DNA from: Spirogloea muscicola
Lineage: Eukaryota
Length of the DNA stretch: 64,000 bases
NCBI GenBank assembly: GCA_009602725.1
Contig: WELB01000014.1
Location: 1,072,584 to 1,136,583 of the forward strand
Direction of reading: 5' to 3'
Shown here: positions 45,932 through 59,700 of the stretch, piece by piece
Layout of the letters: each line of letters begins with the position of its first letter
Position numbering within the stretch: position 1 is the stretch's first letter
Program-made: the position numbers and the translations under genes
Notes under the pieces: generated by a model
Told to the model about the DNA's origin: nothing
Databases searched by the model: none
What the model saw: the letters and a program-made list of their open reading frames with translations, nothing else

Positions 45932-48900
45932 CTGACAGCTGAATATTCTTTGCGAGGCCTTTGTAGGTTCTCATAGGCGGCTGGCAACTGACATGTGGCT
46001 GTGAAGCAAACACTTGCTCTCTGGCTCATGGGTGTCTATGAGGCGTGCAGGCCTTCTCTCAGCATTTTGGCCATCTATGCATTGCTTGACGGTCTTCTTA
46101 TGCTCCAAACTTCGACTCCACATATGCCATGGCCTTGGCTTTCACCTGCTCCGCACGCTCTTCGCCACCTTGAGCCTTTTCATAGTCCAAGTATTTCTTA
46201 AAGAAAAACTGCAGAAAGAAGATAATGTGTGAAGTCAGTGCAAGTGCCGCACAAATACACTGGCTTGGAGTCCAGTTTTTGCTTCTGTTGATGCCAAAGT
46301 GACTCAAACCCTCACCTTCATCTTTTTCGGCGAGAGATTGAGGCAGATGACGCGCTCAAATAGGCCCCGTACAACAACCTCGTCTCCCTTCTTGATTTCC
46401 TGCAGAGAAGAGATGCATTTCTGACTTACTATTCAAAGGTCCTTTGAATAGAAGATTGGAAAAGTTGTGTGCTTGCTTCTGTACAAGCTCATAGGCCTCA
46501 CATGAAGCTTTGAAGTACTCCACGACTTTGACCCATGCCCATTGTCCTGCACCCTAGGCCCTACAATGTAGCCTTGGATTACCACACCGCATACTCCAGC
46601 ATGCTGGGAGTGATGGGTTGGCTGTATGGGGGGTGTGTAAGCGGACCTGGTCTAAGTAGATGCTCCAGAGGTCAATGCGCTTTGGGTAATTACGAAGGAT
46701 GCCCTCAAACATGGCCCGCCCACGCTCCACCGACCCCAGCTTGAACTCCAGGAGCGCCTCCTTCGAGATGACCTGCAGGGGCAAGGGAATCGTACACCAG
46801 CTGTTGAGTTGAGTGGCACCATGTATGTATATGCATCTAGTAGTATGGCATAAGTGATTGAGAATCTGACCTCTAGGTACTAAGGTCGGCTAGGAGGCTA
46901 TGCATAAGTTGACCAATGCAATAATTGATCTCACAGTGCAGAATGCTAACATTTGTAGCATGTTGAAAATGTCACTCAGCGTAGATGAGGTACTACTACT
47001 CGTATGCTCTCAACAACTCCGATCGTACCTTGATGTGCTTACGCTTTGGCAGGCTCAGCAGCGAGCGGTCCAGAGCCTTGTGCGCTGCTTCACTTAGGCC
47101 CCTCTTCAGGAGGTTCTCTATACTGCCTAGCCACACCTAGATAAACACAGTCAACCCGTCATTAAATCTCCGTGCCAAGCTCGGCAAGCTGCTGCTTTGC
47201 AGGAGCCTCTGACACAGAAGCCAATGCCGTAGTTGAAATCCAGGACTCCATCTCAGGGCACGCCAGAAAGAGTAGCTTCACGTAATCACACTATCACAAA
47301 GGAGCAGAGATTTATCCAGAAATAAGAGAGGGTCGACGCTGCTGAGTTTTGCCAGTTAAGCATGAAAGCTCGAGTAAATTCTAAGATCATGTCACGGGGA
47401 ACACCAGGCCACACAGTACCTTGGCCGAGGTGCTGAATTTGCGGGTCATGGAGCGGAAGAGCTCGTCGACCATGTCGTGCTGGTCGCCCCGCTCGAAGAT
47501 CCCCAGAAGGGCAAGGTGCAGCTTCTTCTTGTCCACGTACTGCAACGCCCGCTGGAACAGCTTCAGGACAGCTTCCTGCCAGGAAGAAGGTCACTCTCAA
47601 TAGCAGCACACACGTCACTTATCACCTTCCACAAGTGAGATCTGTAATTTCAGCTTCGGCTTGTTAGAGAAACTGAGCACTTAAAAATTTGAAATGACAA
47701 CCTTGAAACTGACGCTGCACTTGCAATCTGGCAGCCAACGTATGTCAGTAGTGACGAGATACTCCAATCCGTCCACACACAAAGACCGTGATGTCTGCCA
47801 AGCAATGCTTCATGCTTATGCCTGCCTCGAGCGCCCCAGTCACACTTGCCTGTGGCGGGCTCCCATACATGTTCTCAAGGTTGAGGTAAGCAATCCAGAC
47901 ATTCAGCTTTTCTCCTTCTTCACGGTAATTGATTGTCTTCAAAGCACTGCAGAATTACAAATAACAAGGAATAATAACCTCGATTTATTTTCATTGCTCT
48001 ACCAGACTCATAGGCACAACAACAACAAGGCTGTGCAGCCAAACCATTGTAGAAGCAGGTACACACAGCTGCCCCTAACATGCAAGTCATTAGTGTCAGG
48101 CCGTCAAGGCCCTGCAGGGCTCCAAGAGGTTAAGCAAATAAAGGGGCATTGGAAATGCCATGCACCGCTCGGCCACGTTGCGCGCCTTGTCCACCTCGGC
48201 AAGGTCCAGATAGTAGCCCATGTACTGGACCCAGATGAAGCTGCTGCTGGACGACGTCAGCAGCAGCCGCTCAAAGTCGTCCGCCGTCTCCGGCTTGGCA
48301 TCTTGAGCGAGGCGCCTGCTCTCCGCATCCTCAATCGCCAACTCCCTGATATTCCGTATACATCCAACATTGCTGAGCACCTCTGAAGCAAAAACAAGAG
48401 CGTGGCACCAAGTGCATCGTGACCCAGTAGATGATGCACAAGAGCAAAGAAGCCGCGCATGACATGCAATCAGGCCATGGCACTTGCACGTGGCCTCACT
48501 TCAGCTCCCTCTCCTTCCGCTTCTCCCTCTTGCTCCGCTTTCTGGCCACCACCTCCTCAAGCTGCTCTTGGTCTCCACCTCCCGCCCGCTCCTCATTCTC
48601 GAGCACGCCCTCTTCGTCCTCCAGGTCGACCTCAAGGGGAGCTACATCGCTCAAATCAATCACCTTCATGCCCGGGGCTTTGCTCGCCTGCCTCTTCTTG
48701 CCGGTGCTTGTGGGTTGCTCAGCCTCCTCGTCCACTCCTCCCTCCATGCCAAAGTCAACGTCTCTGTCACTGCGAGCTGGCAACTCGTTTCCTTCTGTAA
48801 ATGCGTCACCCCCACTTATCTCCAGCTCAGTCTCCAAGCCCTCAGAATGAGCCTCGGCCATGGTGTCGATGGCGTCATCGGAGTCATTATGGGAGCTGGT

Positions 48901-49564
48901 GTCCATATCGCCGCCAAGGTCTTCCTCCTGCCTCTGCCCTGAGGGTGCTGCGGCCTCTCCCTCTGCAAAGTAGGACGCCTTCAGACCCAATGAAATGCGC
49001 TCCTTTTGCGGATCCACCTTGAGAACTTTGGCCTTGACGAGATCGCCAGGTGTGTACGACTTGCTTAGGTCCTTAGTGTAACCGTCTGACACAGCAGAGA
49101 TGTGGCAGAGTCCGGTCTGCCAAATAGCAAAGCAGCACATGAGATTCACATTCAAAATGTAGGCATTGGTCAAGTCAACAACAGTGGCCAATTGCAGCAG
49201 CGACCTGCAAAATGGTATCCTTAAGCCCACATTGACATTCAATAAGACAAGTTTGCAGCTACAATTAACCTGCCCAAGCTTGAGTTTGCAGGACACTATT
49301 AAAGTTCCTGTAACAGGACAGCTGGTATGACTTACAAGGTTGCTGTGGTCCAGGATGATGAAAAGCCCAAAGGCCTCAACCCGCTTCACGCTGCCGGTGA
49401 CCACGTCTCCAATATGGACGTCCTCGATGCCCTTCCATGCGTCCAAGCTCCCGGCCTCCTTGTTGGGCTGCGAGAGCCGCAGCGTCATCTGCACGCGCTT
49501 GGACAGCAGCTCGACCTCCAGTATCCTGCCAGAGAGTAGATCGATCTAGTCAGATCAGTGCACT

Positions 49565-49598
49565 GAAGTACAAGTTCGAGGGCTCGAACTTGTACTTC
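49565..49598. repeat. Perfect 16-bp inverted repeat with 2-nt spacer in an RRP5 intron
   Basis: GAAGTACAAGTTCGAG-GG-CTCGAACTTGTACTTC. Confidence 0.9.
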
Positions 49599-52500
49599 CG
49601 CTTAAATCCGTCAAAACTGCCGCCAATGCATTCAACGTTGCAGCTTGCGTCAGGTGCCAATCCCCAAGAGCAATAACCGCATGACGGACCTGCCATGAAC
49701 AAGCTTGCCAGGAGGGAATGCTGCAACTGGGTCGTCCACAAAGTTGTCCGCCAGATTGGACAGGAGGACCCGAGCGTCTATGTCGATGCCCAGCGTGACA
49801 AAGCAACCCTTCTTGTTGCAGCTCTTCACGTAGCCCTGGCATCACAACAACAGATGGGTGATGGTCTAATACTACAATCGCTCTGATTGCAATCTTCCAT
49901 CAAGACGTCCACGAATGAGAGAGTTGCATGGCCCCTCGGAAAGTTTGAGGTATGTTCGTCCATCACGCTTGGTGTCAGCCAAGGCTGAAATCTTATCGTC
50001 CCTGGGGCAGTATGCACGAACTCCTGACAATTGCTCGTGTTGCATCAATGCCAGTGGGCCAGACTGACCAATGAGATGCCACACTGATGCCTCAATGGCC
50101 AGCAATTATAGCAAGATGGTTCGGTCACCTGAACTTCCTGGCCTGGCTTCAGGTCTTCAATGCAAGCAATGCGGGTGTACTTGCTTGACCTGCAGCGCAG
50201 GAGCTTGCTTGAGTGGAATTATACGCCGTGCAAAGTCAAAACAAGGTGGTCAAGCACCCACTCTTCCTATCAAAAAAATATATGTAAATGACATAGGCAT
50301 AATAGCACATATCTATATCCTTCACTTTGATGATGTTGAAGGAGCAACAAAGGGCAATCATTTGGAAGACAATTATCATGTTCGATAACAACCTAGATGC
50401 CACACACTGACTTTGTTACCTGTCAGGAGAGCCGTCCATCTTCAGGTTCTGCCTCGCTTCCAGGCCGCCACAGCCGCCAAGCGAGGGCCGCAAAGACAAC
50501 TCCACAGCATCTGCTGTTCCATTGAGGCCATCGCCACCGGTGCCCACACTGACCACAGCGCACGTGACAAACTGCCCGACCTCGAAGCCCTCGAAGGGCG
50601 CATCCCGCCAGCTATCTGCGAGCTCCGTGATGAAGACGCGACCCGAACGCCGCATCCCGAGCTGGACGATAAGCCCACGGTTGTCTGACAAGATCCGCGA
50701 GATCCTTCCGTTGACGACATCGCCAGGACTTAGTGCAAGCTACGCGGCACTTGACCGTCTGCCCACTCCTGCCACAGCAGATCAATAAGAATCTGAGAGT
50801 TCTTATCACAGGTCGCCCCATTTTTCAATGCTGTCAACGTCATGTGCTAGGTGGTGCAGCGATGGATGCGTTGTAAGGACCAACTTCAGCAGTGTATTCC
50901 TTGATGCAAGATAGTGATTCGCAGCAAGTAGGGCCTTGGCTCAATTCTCTAGGCTTGATAAAACGTAAGCGAATGAATTCTTGAGTCCTCCTTGACTCCT
51001 CACCTGAAGCGCTCCGCAAAGCTTCGAAGCATCCCAGGATTGGGGTCAGGCGTAGAGTCAAGGACATGCAGCCGGCCACGCAGGTGCGGCGACAGCATGA
51101 GCCATGCAAAGTCTTCGTGAACCTCCTGGACGAACGCCATGACCTCTTCACCAACCGCCGCCTCCTCCACAGAGTAAGGCAGAGCACCTTGTTCTTGCGG
51201 AGGAGCCTGCAGGCTGGAGCCAGTAGCTGCAAGGCAAGGGCGAGCAGCAATAACGTACTGAATGAGGACATTTAGTGCCAAGCAAATACCATCTAAGAAA
51301 ACAATCTTTGCACTGATCTGAACGTTCCTGTATGCAAAGTAAGTATGACAAGGTACACTAAGGTACCAGAATGGTGTACCTATGAGCTCTGCTTGGCGAC
51401 TGGACAGCTCAAGGAGAGCATAGCTGCTGTGGCCCTTTGCGGCGCCAGCTGAGATCCCGTAGTTGGTGCCAAGAATGCGGGCCGTCACTTCATGCTCTGG
51501 CTCAAATTTTTCCAGTGGGCAATCGCCATCAGGTGGATCACCCACAAGCTCCGTGACATGGACTCTGCCACGGACCCGTTTGCCGAGGCCCATGTCCAGG
51601 TAATGGGCTTGAATGGCAAGGACCTGCTCTCAAGGCACAGATGAGACCAATGTCTCATGGCTATGAAATGACTGATTGATTTTGTTTCAGGATTGAGTTA
51701 GACAGATGGTCACCGATTAGAGTCATGCTGCACGTGTGTCTCAAAGGCAGACTAGAGCTTGACCTTGCCAGTAACTATCGACCCCACATCGAAGCGATTT
51801 GCAGTGGTGCGGGGCTTCTTGGGAACGCCGGCATCTGCGTCGAGGAGCAGGAGGAGCCTTCCTCCTGTGGCCTTCTGTGGCAGACTGCCCACCTTGGCGA
51901 CAAGCCTGATACCATTGCCCACGTTGTCATTAAAATTGAGTTGCTGGAAGAAGGACGAGCAGTAAGCTTTGCCACGTTGTTTTGCAGCTTGTGCTCTAAA
52001 GATAACTTAGGCAACAATATGATAGGAAGAGTATAGGGTATGATCTTGGCAATGTGCCTTTGGCCAGGGTGGTACGCCTGATGCGGGTCTAGGACGGCCT
52101 GGTTGTAGTCCCTCGTCGCAGCGAAGCCGACTGCATTGTTATGTTCTGGCAAAGTCAGCACCTGCACAAGAGCATCATTTGGCAGCTTGAATAAGACATT
52201 CTCAGGGCTCCTTTGGAATCCTCGAGTTGAGCACAAACATTGGGCAACATGCATGGCGCAACATGTCAAAGCGTCAAAGCCCACGTACCAGATAGTCATC
52301 CTTGACCAGCTCGACAACCACCTCCAGCTTATCATTGACTGCTATGCTGGCCTGTCTTGTACTTCTCACCACCTTCCTCTTCTGCCAGAGCACGTGACAA
52401 CATTATATGAAGGCAGAGTCCTCCAAGCTCACCACCGAGCTGTAAAGAAACCTGCACTATTGGCAGACACCCCAAACCCAAGACCATGACCCCTTCACAA

Positions 52501-53689
52501 CTTCCCTCACAATTGGCTCTGCATCAGGGTCAAAAGCTTGTCATAGCGTTGCTCAGCTGGCTCAAGCAGAAAGCCCCAGATGTGATACAACAACAATAAG
52601 ATCTGCCACCAAATAAAGTAATCAGCCACTAAAAACGTTCCCACCCTTTATGCCTATCTGCAGGGATGCGCCTTCCACTGGCACTAGTAAGACGGCATAT
52701 TGACATAGCTGTGACAAAACGACAACCCTCAAAACGACGAGTGCTTCATGTATTTGGCTTTAAAGCCAGGGTGCATGAAAACCCCTGGGCAAACATGCCC
52801 TAGGAGCTCCCATGCATCCTGACTATGGCGTCTGGCGCAGAGACCTTTCACAAGGATCTCCGCTGGTTTGCTTGAGTGTTTCTTGCCAGCAAGGGCATGG
52901 GACAATTTATGTTCGCAATTGTCAAAGGTTTGCAACTTCAAATCTCAATTACAGCATATCATGCAAGTATTGAGATGCAAAAGTATGCAGATGCCAGATA
53001 CATGTCAGTGCGGTTGGCAAGTTGCGGCCATACCTTGCCTGCCTTCTTAACATGTCGCCCTGCAGCAGAAACGAACTCAGGTCTCATGCTTATGTCGACC
53101 ACGCCATCAACTTTGCTTATGTCCAATATCACGCCCTGCACCTTCTGTCCTATGTCCACTTTTCTCCCGGCTATTACCAGTGTAGACAAGAACATCACCA
53201 ACAAATAAGAACGAACGGCAAGTCAATAAGCAAAGAGGAATTCCAGGTCTCCTTGCAGACTCCTTGCAATTTGCCACCAGCCTGCCCTGCAAGCTTCCAT
53301 ACAATCAGAAGGACCCAAAGGTGTGCCTCTACATTACGGCCAGGATAATGCCACAGCACACTAACAGAAGACTGACACCACCTTGGTAGTGTGTTACGAA
53401 TGCGACGACATCGGCATGGCTGGGCAGGTTGACGATGACTCCATAGTCCTTCACGTCCTGCACTTCGCCAGTCACAATGTCGCCAATGGAGAATGCATTT
53501 GCCCAAGTCAAGCTGGGGGTGGCCTCCACCTTCGCTTGCAGCTCGGCAATCTGCCAATTGTCCAAGCCACCAAAAGCGTCTTCAGGGTTGAGTATCTTCA
53601 TTGACGGGTGGAGTGATGTAACTGAGCCCTAGCCTGTGAAGTTGGGGGGTACCCAAAGACATGGCAAACAAGAAAAGGTCTGCTGCTCT

Positions 53690-53748
53690 AATGCTCTCAT
53701 GCTCAAATGCTCAGAATGCTCAGAATGCTCAAATGCTCAAATGCTCAA
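53690..53748. repeat. Intronic minisatellite (A[G]AATGCTC)n, about 7 units
   Basis: aatgctctcatgctcaaatgctcagaatgctcagaatgctcaaatgctcaaatgctcaa. Confidence 0.8.
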
Positions 53749-56700
53749 GTGATCAATTGCTCGTCTCATATTATTCCCGTACATTACTGTTAGAAGATAT
53801 TATGATGCATCCATAGCAAGGCAAGAATGGCCGTACTTTCTCCTCTTCAAGGAAATAACCAAACAACAAAATTGTGTCTGAAGAGGCACAAACAGACTGC
53901 TTTAGGCTCACAGTGAACCGCTCCTTCTCCAAATCAACCTGGCAATGCATCCACACAAACAGGCTATAATTCAGGTCACAAGGGAAATGAGTAAATGATG
54001 TACATTATGAATTGACAGCAGTACAAGCAGCCCTTCAGACAGCTCAGGGCAATTAACAGCAATCTCTGAACCGAACTACCAGAGGTAGTCACGGAAGAGT
54101 CGCTGCATGTGTTGCTCAAGTTGCTGTGTGTATATAAGCCACGGTCAATGCCTATATGATCTTTGCCTAAGTCAATTTCATCAGTTTGGCTCTCCTGCTG
54201 ATCAGCTTCTAGGTACATAGCTGAGGCAGACTGAACGAAGAATCTGTTCTAGATATCCGTGCCTATGTCCACCTTACAAGTGACCAACAAGTGTGGCACA
54301 TTTTATTATAAGCAACAAGCTACCGTTACCCACAAAAACACACAGGGCAACCCAAGCTGAGCCTACCTCAAGAATCTGGGAGCGGACAGAGTGGCCCACT
54401 TTGAAATAGTCAGCGGGGTTGCCAACGAAAATGTCGGAGAGCTGCCAGAAATGTAGCTCAAAATCCTTAGTATCACATTTTTCAACTCAACATTGCAAGG
54501 ACTCGCTGAACACTCCCATATCTTGTGCATTCCACCACTGCCTTGACCCGATGACAGGCATGCATCATGCTCGTATGTGGAACAGAATATCAAGCAAGAG
54601 GAGCGCTTTCCGTTTTTCACCTGTGAGACAGGTGCTAGCCCAGAGAGGCGATTTAAGTATCGAACGAAGCAGCCGCGAGGCGTAATGCTTGCAACAAAAC
54701 CCTGTCAGCGACCACCTTGATTTCATGAGGTTGCGAATGGGCTGTGACATAAGTAAGCAGAAGGCCTGTTGGTCTCTGTTATCAGGCTTCAGTGTGTCAA
54801 TGGTGTAGCAGCAATGCTAAGGTGTTCAGCTCCAACAGAAATGCAAAAGAGACAGGTAAAGGACACTCCAATGCACAAGCGTACCTGCAGAAGCGCCTGT
54901 GGGTGCACGTCAAGCAGGGAGGATGGCAGCGAGGCTGCTGAAGCCACTAGTGAGTACTTTGCAGTCAATGTCACCTTCAAAGCATCCCTCTCTGCACAAG
55001 AACACCCTCTCATTGAGCTCTATCAGAAACTGAATGCAGGTGAAACAATCACCACAAGCCATAAGTCAGACTTGTGACAGATAGATGAATGTATGAGTGC
55101 AGCCAAAGCAGTAGATTGAAAACCTTAATATCATTGTGTCATGCAGTAATAGCTAGACCCTCATAAACTGCTACAGGCTTTCCGATGTATCTAGTCGCCT
55201 AAAGACACAACAATGTTTTTGAAGGTATTGTGGACTTGGCTACAGGAGGCTAAACAGGAGCAATTATCTACGCCTGTGCCAAACGCACCCAGCACAAGGA
55301 GCTGCTCAAGCACATCGCCAGCCCTCAGATTGGCCTTGAGCTGCTCGGCGTGCCCTGTTGAATGCACGGAACACTGCTGCAAGTGTCAAGCTTGCTTCAA
55401 GCACGCAAGAAACTGACATCATACTTCTCAAGGCCTGCTTACAGTCAAATTGACAGAAGCATAGGTCCAGTGAACGCCACTTTGTGCTAAGAGCGCGAAT
55501 CGAGACCAGTGGCTCCGCTTCACCTGAGAAGTCAGAGAGGTGCTCAAACTGCAGTATTCCTGTGAGGGTGCCCTCCGGAGTCACAATGTCCAGGAGAAAG
55601 GCGCGATCACTGAGGCTCCGTATGAGCCCCGCGACGACCACGCCGGGAGCAGCATTCTCAGCATTCTGGAGCTTGCCACGAAGTGCGAGCTCCTTGCCAG
55701 CCGATGCTGTGCCCTCCAGCAATCTGCATTCAAAACCCAAAATCCCAGCAATGACACTCCCCTCTGTGAGCAAGTTGGGTTAAGCACGGAGAAGTTCAGG
55801 GAGTAGCCGCATGGTGAGAGGAAGTTACTTCTTCCTGCCTCAGCTCGAAACAAATTCACACCACCATACAGATTTTGCCACTGGAAGCACACCAAAGTGG
55901 TAAGTCCTAGAAGCAGAATGTGAAGAGCGTAGACCTATCGCTGGAGGTGATGAAGCTGAGCGACAGCTTTTGGGTTTCCAGGTTCCTCCGCAGCACCCGC
56001 GCCTTCACAACCTGGCCGACCTCAAAGGCCTTGCTCGGAAGCGAGTCTGCCTCCAGACCCAACTCCGACCTGTGCCACATGCAATGACAATAGCACCTTG
56101 TCACTAACATCTCGGACTAAATGCCCAATGACATTCAGCTACATACCAACATGTTTGATTACAGAACCAATCTCCCATAGCCTTGGATGCTCCATCCAGG
56201 ATGACAAGGACCTATCAAGTCCATGGCACAAGCTTCTCAACAATACAAAATATAGACAATCTAGTACATTGAGCTGGGGCCCATACCTGTGTGCAAGTCC
56301 TTTCACGTTGTTGTAGAAGCTCACAAAGCAGCCGTAGTCCTTGACACCCGTTAGAACACCGTGGCTGACAACACCTTCCTTGGCATCCTCAATGGATGTA
56401 ATGATTGGAAGCTTTGTTGCCACCTGCCACAACCACAACCAAATACCCTTTCAGTCGACTTGGGTGAGCCACACTGTTAAAAGAAGCAAGAGAACCCCTA
56501 CGTCTAGTCAGATGAAGATGTAGCTGGCAAGAACGTGGTAGGCGAAGCTCTTACCAAGGACCTCTTGTGCGTCACTGTGATCTTTCTTGTGTCGATATTG
56601 CACATCAATACCCGCACTTTCAACTTCATCCCAACCTGTGCCATCAGCCAGCAGTCAGCTGATGAAGTTCACTGCCCTCGTCTAAACAACATGCATACCA

Positions 56701-56749
56701 GAAAACATGTCCTAACGAATGTTGCGTCTGTCCACATGCTACAGATTCA

Positions 56750-56782
56750 GTAAGAGGTAAGTAAGAGGTAAGAGGTAAGAGG
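56750..56782. repeat. Intronic (GTAAGAG)n tandem repeat
   Basis: gtaagaggtaagtaagaggtaagaggtaagagg. Confidence 0.75.
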
Positions 56783-59700
56783 CGCCGTAAAAGTGAAAAC
56801 CGTATATGCAACTTCAGCAAGAACGAATGAAGGCCCTTACTTGAAATCTTGAAGGAGGCTTGTGGTACTGGACATCAGATAGGTGTTGCAGCGGACAGAG
56901 AGCCCGGATGCCGTCTGCCAGCTTCAGCAGAAACCCATACGGCTCGATGGCGCTTATGGTGCCATGCAAGAGCATGCCTGGCATGATATCGCTTGGGCTC
57001 AGAAGCAGCTGGTCAATGACGGATGCCTGCAGATATCAGAGCAGCAGGCACTAGAAGTGTTCAGCACTCACTTGACCCAGCAGGTATCTCGCATCTATTT
57101 GTGGGTGGGTGTGAGAAACGACTATTGGAACATTTGCAGTAGAAAGAAATCCATACGTTTACTCTGACAAATGTACCATGCTAAGCATCCACAGAATGTA
57201 AGGACACTCAGAAAACATCATCTCAGGTAAACAGCTATGTCTGCAGCTTACCTTCATGGAAAGTATGGCGAGGGCATCCATAGGCCGGAGCCCAATCACA
57301 CGTGTCCTGACCTTCTGCCCCACTTTGAAGGACTTCTCCAGCTTGTCCACTCTCTCCTCCGCTGCATTTGAAATCTACAGCAGGTCGCCTCAAGAGATAT
57401 ACTCAAAACACCAACATCACACAGCAGCCTTTCATCCAAAGAAAGAGCAACTTTGAAAATTAGTATCTTGCAGCTAGATGTTGAAACAATCGTCTCCTGC
57501 ATTCGGCCCTACCATGCAAGTTAACTCAGAATATCGCCAACTTAACGTACATGGACATAGCCTGCGCCAGCCTTGGGTTCCTTTGGGAGCTCCAGCAGCA
57601 TGCCAACAACAGGGTCAATCCTACGAATGACGGCTTTCTCAAATACTTCACCAACTTGTGCTACCTGCTCACTTCTCACAAAAAGTGAATTGATTAGCAA
57701 ATGCAACCTTAATTCCACAGATTCAAGTAGCTCTGATGTCCGCCTTCTCACAACTGAAGGGTCATGGCACATTGACTAGATGGCTTGTCGCAGATTCAAA
57801 CCAACATCCTCCTTGCTTTCGGTCCAGCTCTCCATACCTGTGCAGGGGGCTCGCCCTCCACAAGGTCATGATTTAAAGTCAAGCCCACTCTTCTAGTAAC
57901 TGCTTGTACATAAAGTATCCGCGCTCGTAACTGCACAAGTTGCAAGACAATTGTGCAATCTGAAGGGCAGATCGAAGTATAGCAAAGCACTATGATTGAT
58001 ACAGTGATTGAAAAATAGAAAATCCTGAAACTACTCTGTGCAAATCGTCCCTCGGACTCTATGAGTCATCTTTCTGATAGACTCCAGTCTATTCCACTGG
58101 CTAGCGATCCACATCACTGAAAATATCTAAAATTACAGCAACAATAAGGAGAGCAGAAGATGTTGCTTGCCCGCATGTTCTCTGAATATTTTGCTTTCCA
58201 GTCAGCATCAGGCAGCTCTGTCTCCAATTGGAAATGATCAACTTGCACATGAGGATACATAACAATGTATCCTCATGCATGATGGAGGAGAAAGTGTGCA
58301 GAATCGTGGGACATAGAAGACAGCAGCTTGTGAAGAGGTCCACCGAGAAGCTCACTGTCCCAGTGAAATACATGAGAAAGATGAGGAGGAGCCCGTCATT
58401 CAGGACAGCTTTCACACGGGCATTCACGAGGGCGCCCGGAACAAGCGAATCCAGAGTCAGCCCGTCGTACTCCCTCATCTGCACGCAAAAGCAAGTCAAC
58501 CAAATGTCTAACAAACTGGTCAATGGACCATAATGACTTTGTGATTCCCACTGCTGCACGGCAAGCTGACAGACATAGGCAAAATGGCACCAGTGCAGCA
58601 CAACATGCGAGCGCAAGGGACTAGAAGAGACCTCCACCACCTAGAGGATGCCTTGCCTCAGGTATGCATCTCACCGTGGTGGTGGCAGCCGCTTGAGTGT
58701 CGGTGGAGACCATGACGAGCTTCCTGACCTTGTCCACTGAGCTCACCAGGCAAGGTATGAGCTGTCCAACCTTCCATGGCTCCGCCGTGCCTTCAGCACG
58801 TTCTCCTGCTCGACCAGACCGTTACTATAATAGTTGAGTATTATTGGACATGAAAGTCTTGATGAGCAGCACGTGTCAACAGGCATATCCAGATTGTCAG
58901 AGGCAGAGTTGAGCACCTGCTACTGGTGGAAATAATAGAAGTGTTATTTACCATTGGAGGTCTGGGCCTCGTGGGGATGAAGCCGGACACGTTTGGAGGC
59001 CCAAAGGTTAGGACGCAACCGTGGTCCTCCACGCTCTTCACGCATGCGGTTACAACCAGCGGGAGCACATTGAGGGTTTGTCCGTATAAGATGGGTTCAG
59101 GGTTGAAGGTATTATTGAAGGCACAATAGATACTGGCAGTCACCATAAGAGGCATCACAACTATGTCCCCTCTCTCTCCTCTCTGCCGCCTGATTTTGGG
59201 ATATTGAAAGCATAATCAGGGCAAGTCAAATCCGAAGAATGGCAGGCTGCAGAAATTACACCATTCCCTCATGGGCAGTCTCCGCTGAGAAGCCGTTGTT
59301 AATGAGAGAGAGGCGCAGGGAGAGCTCGGCGCGTTTCTTCTTGGCAGCGTCCTCGGGCCCGAGTTGCGCACGGACCACGCATGCCACGAGCTGGCCGATG
59401 CAGAAGAGCTCGTCTAGGGCAGAAGGGGCACTCTCCCACTGGCATGGCACAGTCGCACCACACGCGGCCGTCACGTGCAGGGCTGTGAAGCAGCAACGCA
59501 GCATGCCTCCAGAGGCATCGAGCTTAAGTTTGCAGTTTTATATAAATAATCTTAGCACCGCAGACGCATTTGTCGTTGCGGTTTTGCAAGGTGCCACGTC
59601 AGGACGAGCTCGCTTCCATCCGACGCTGAGGACCCAACAAAGAGACCTCATCTCTACACTGATGTCTGCTTAATCAACGACTTGCCATGATCCTGTGGAG

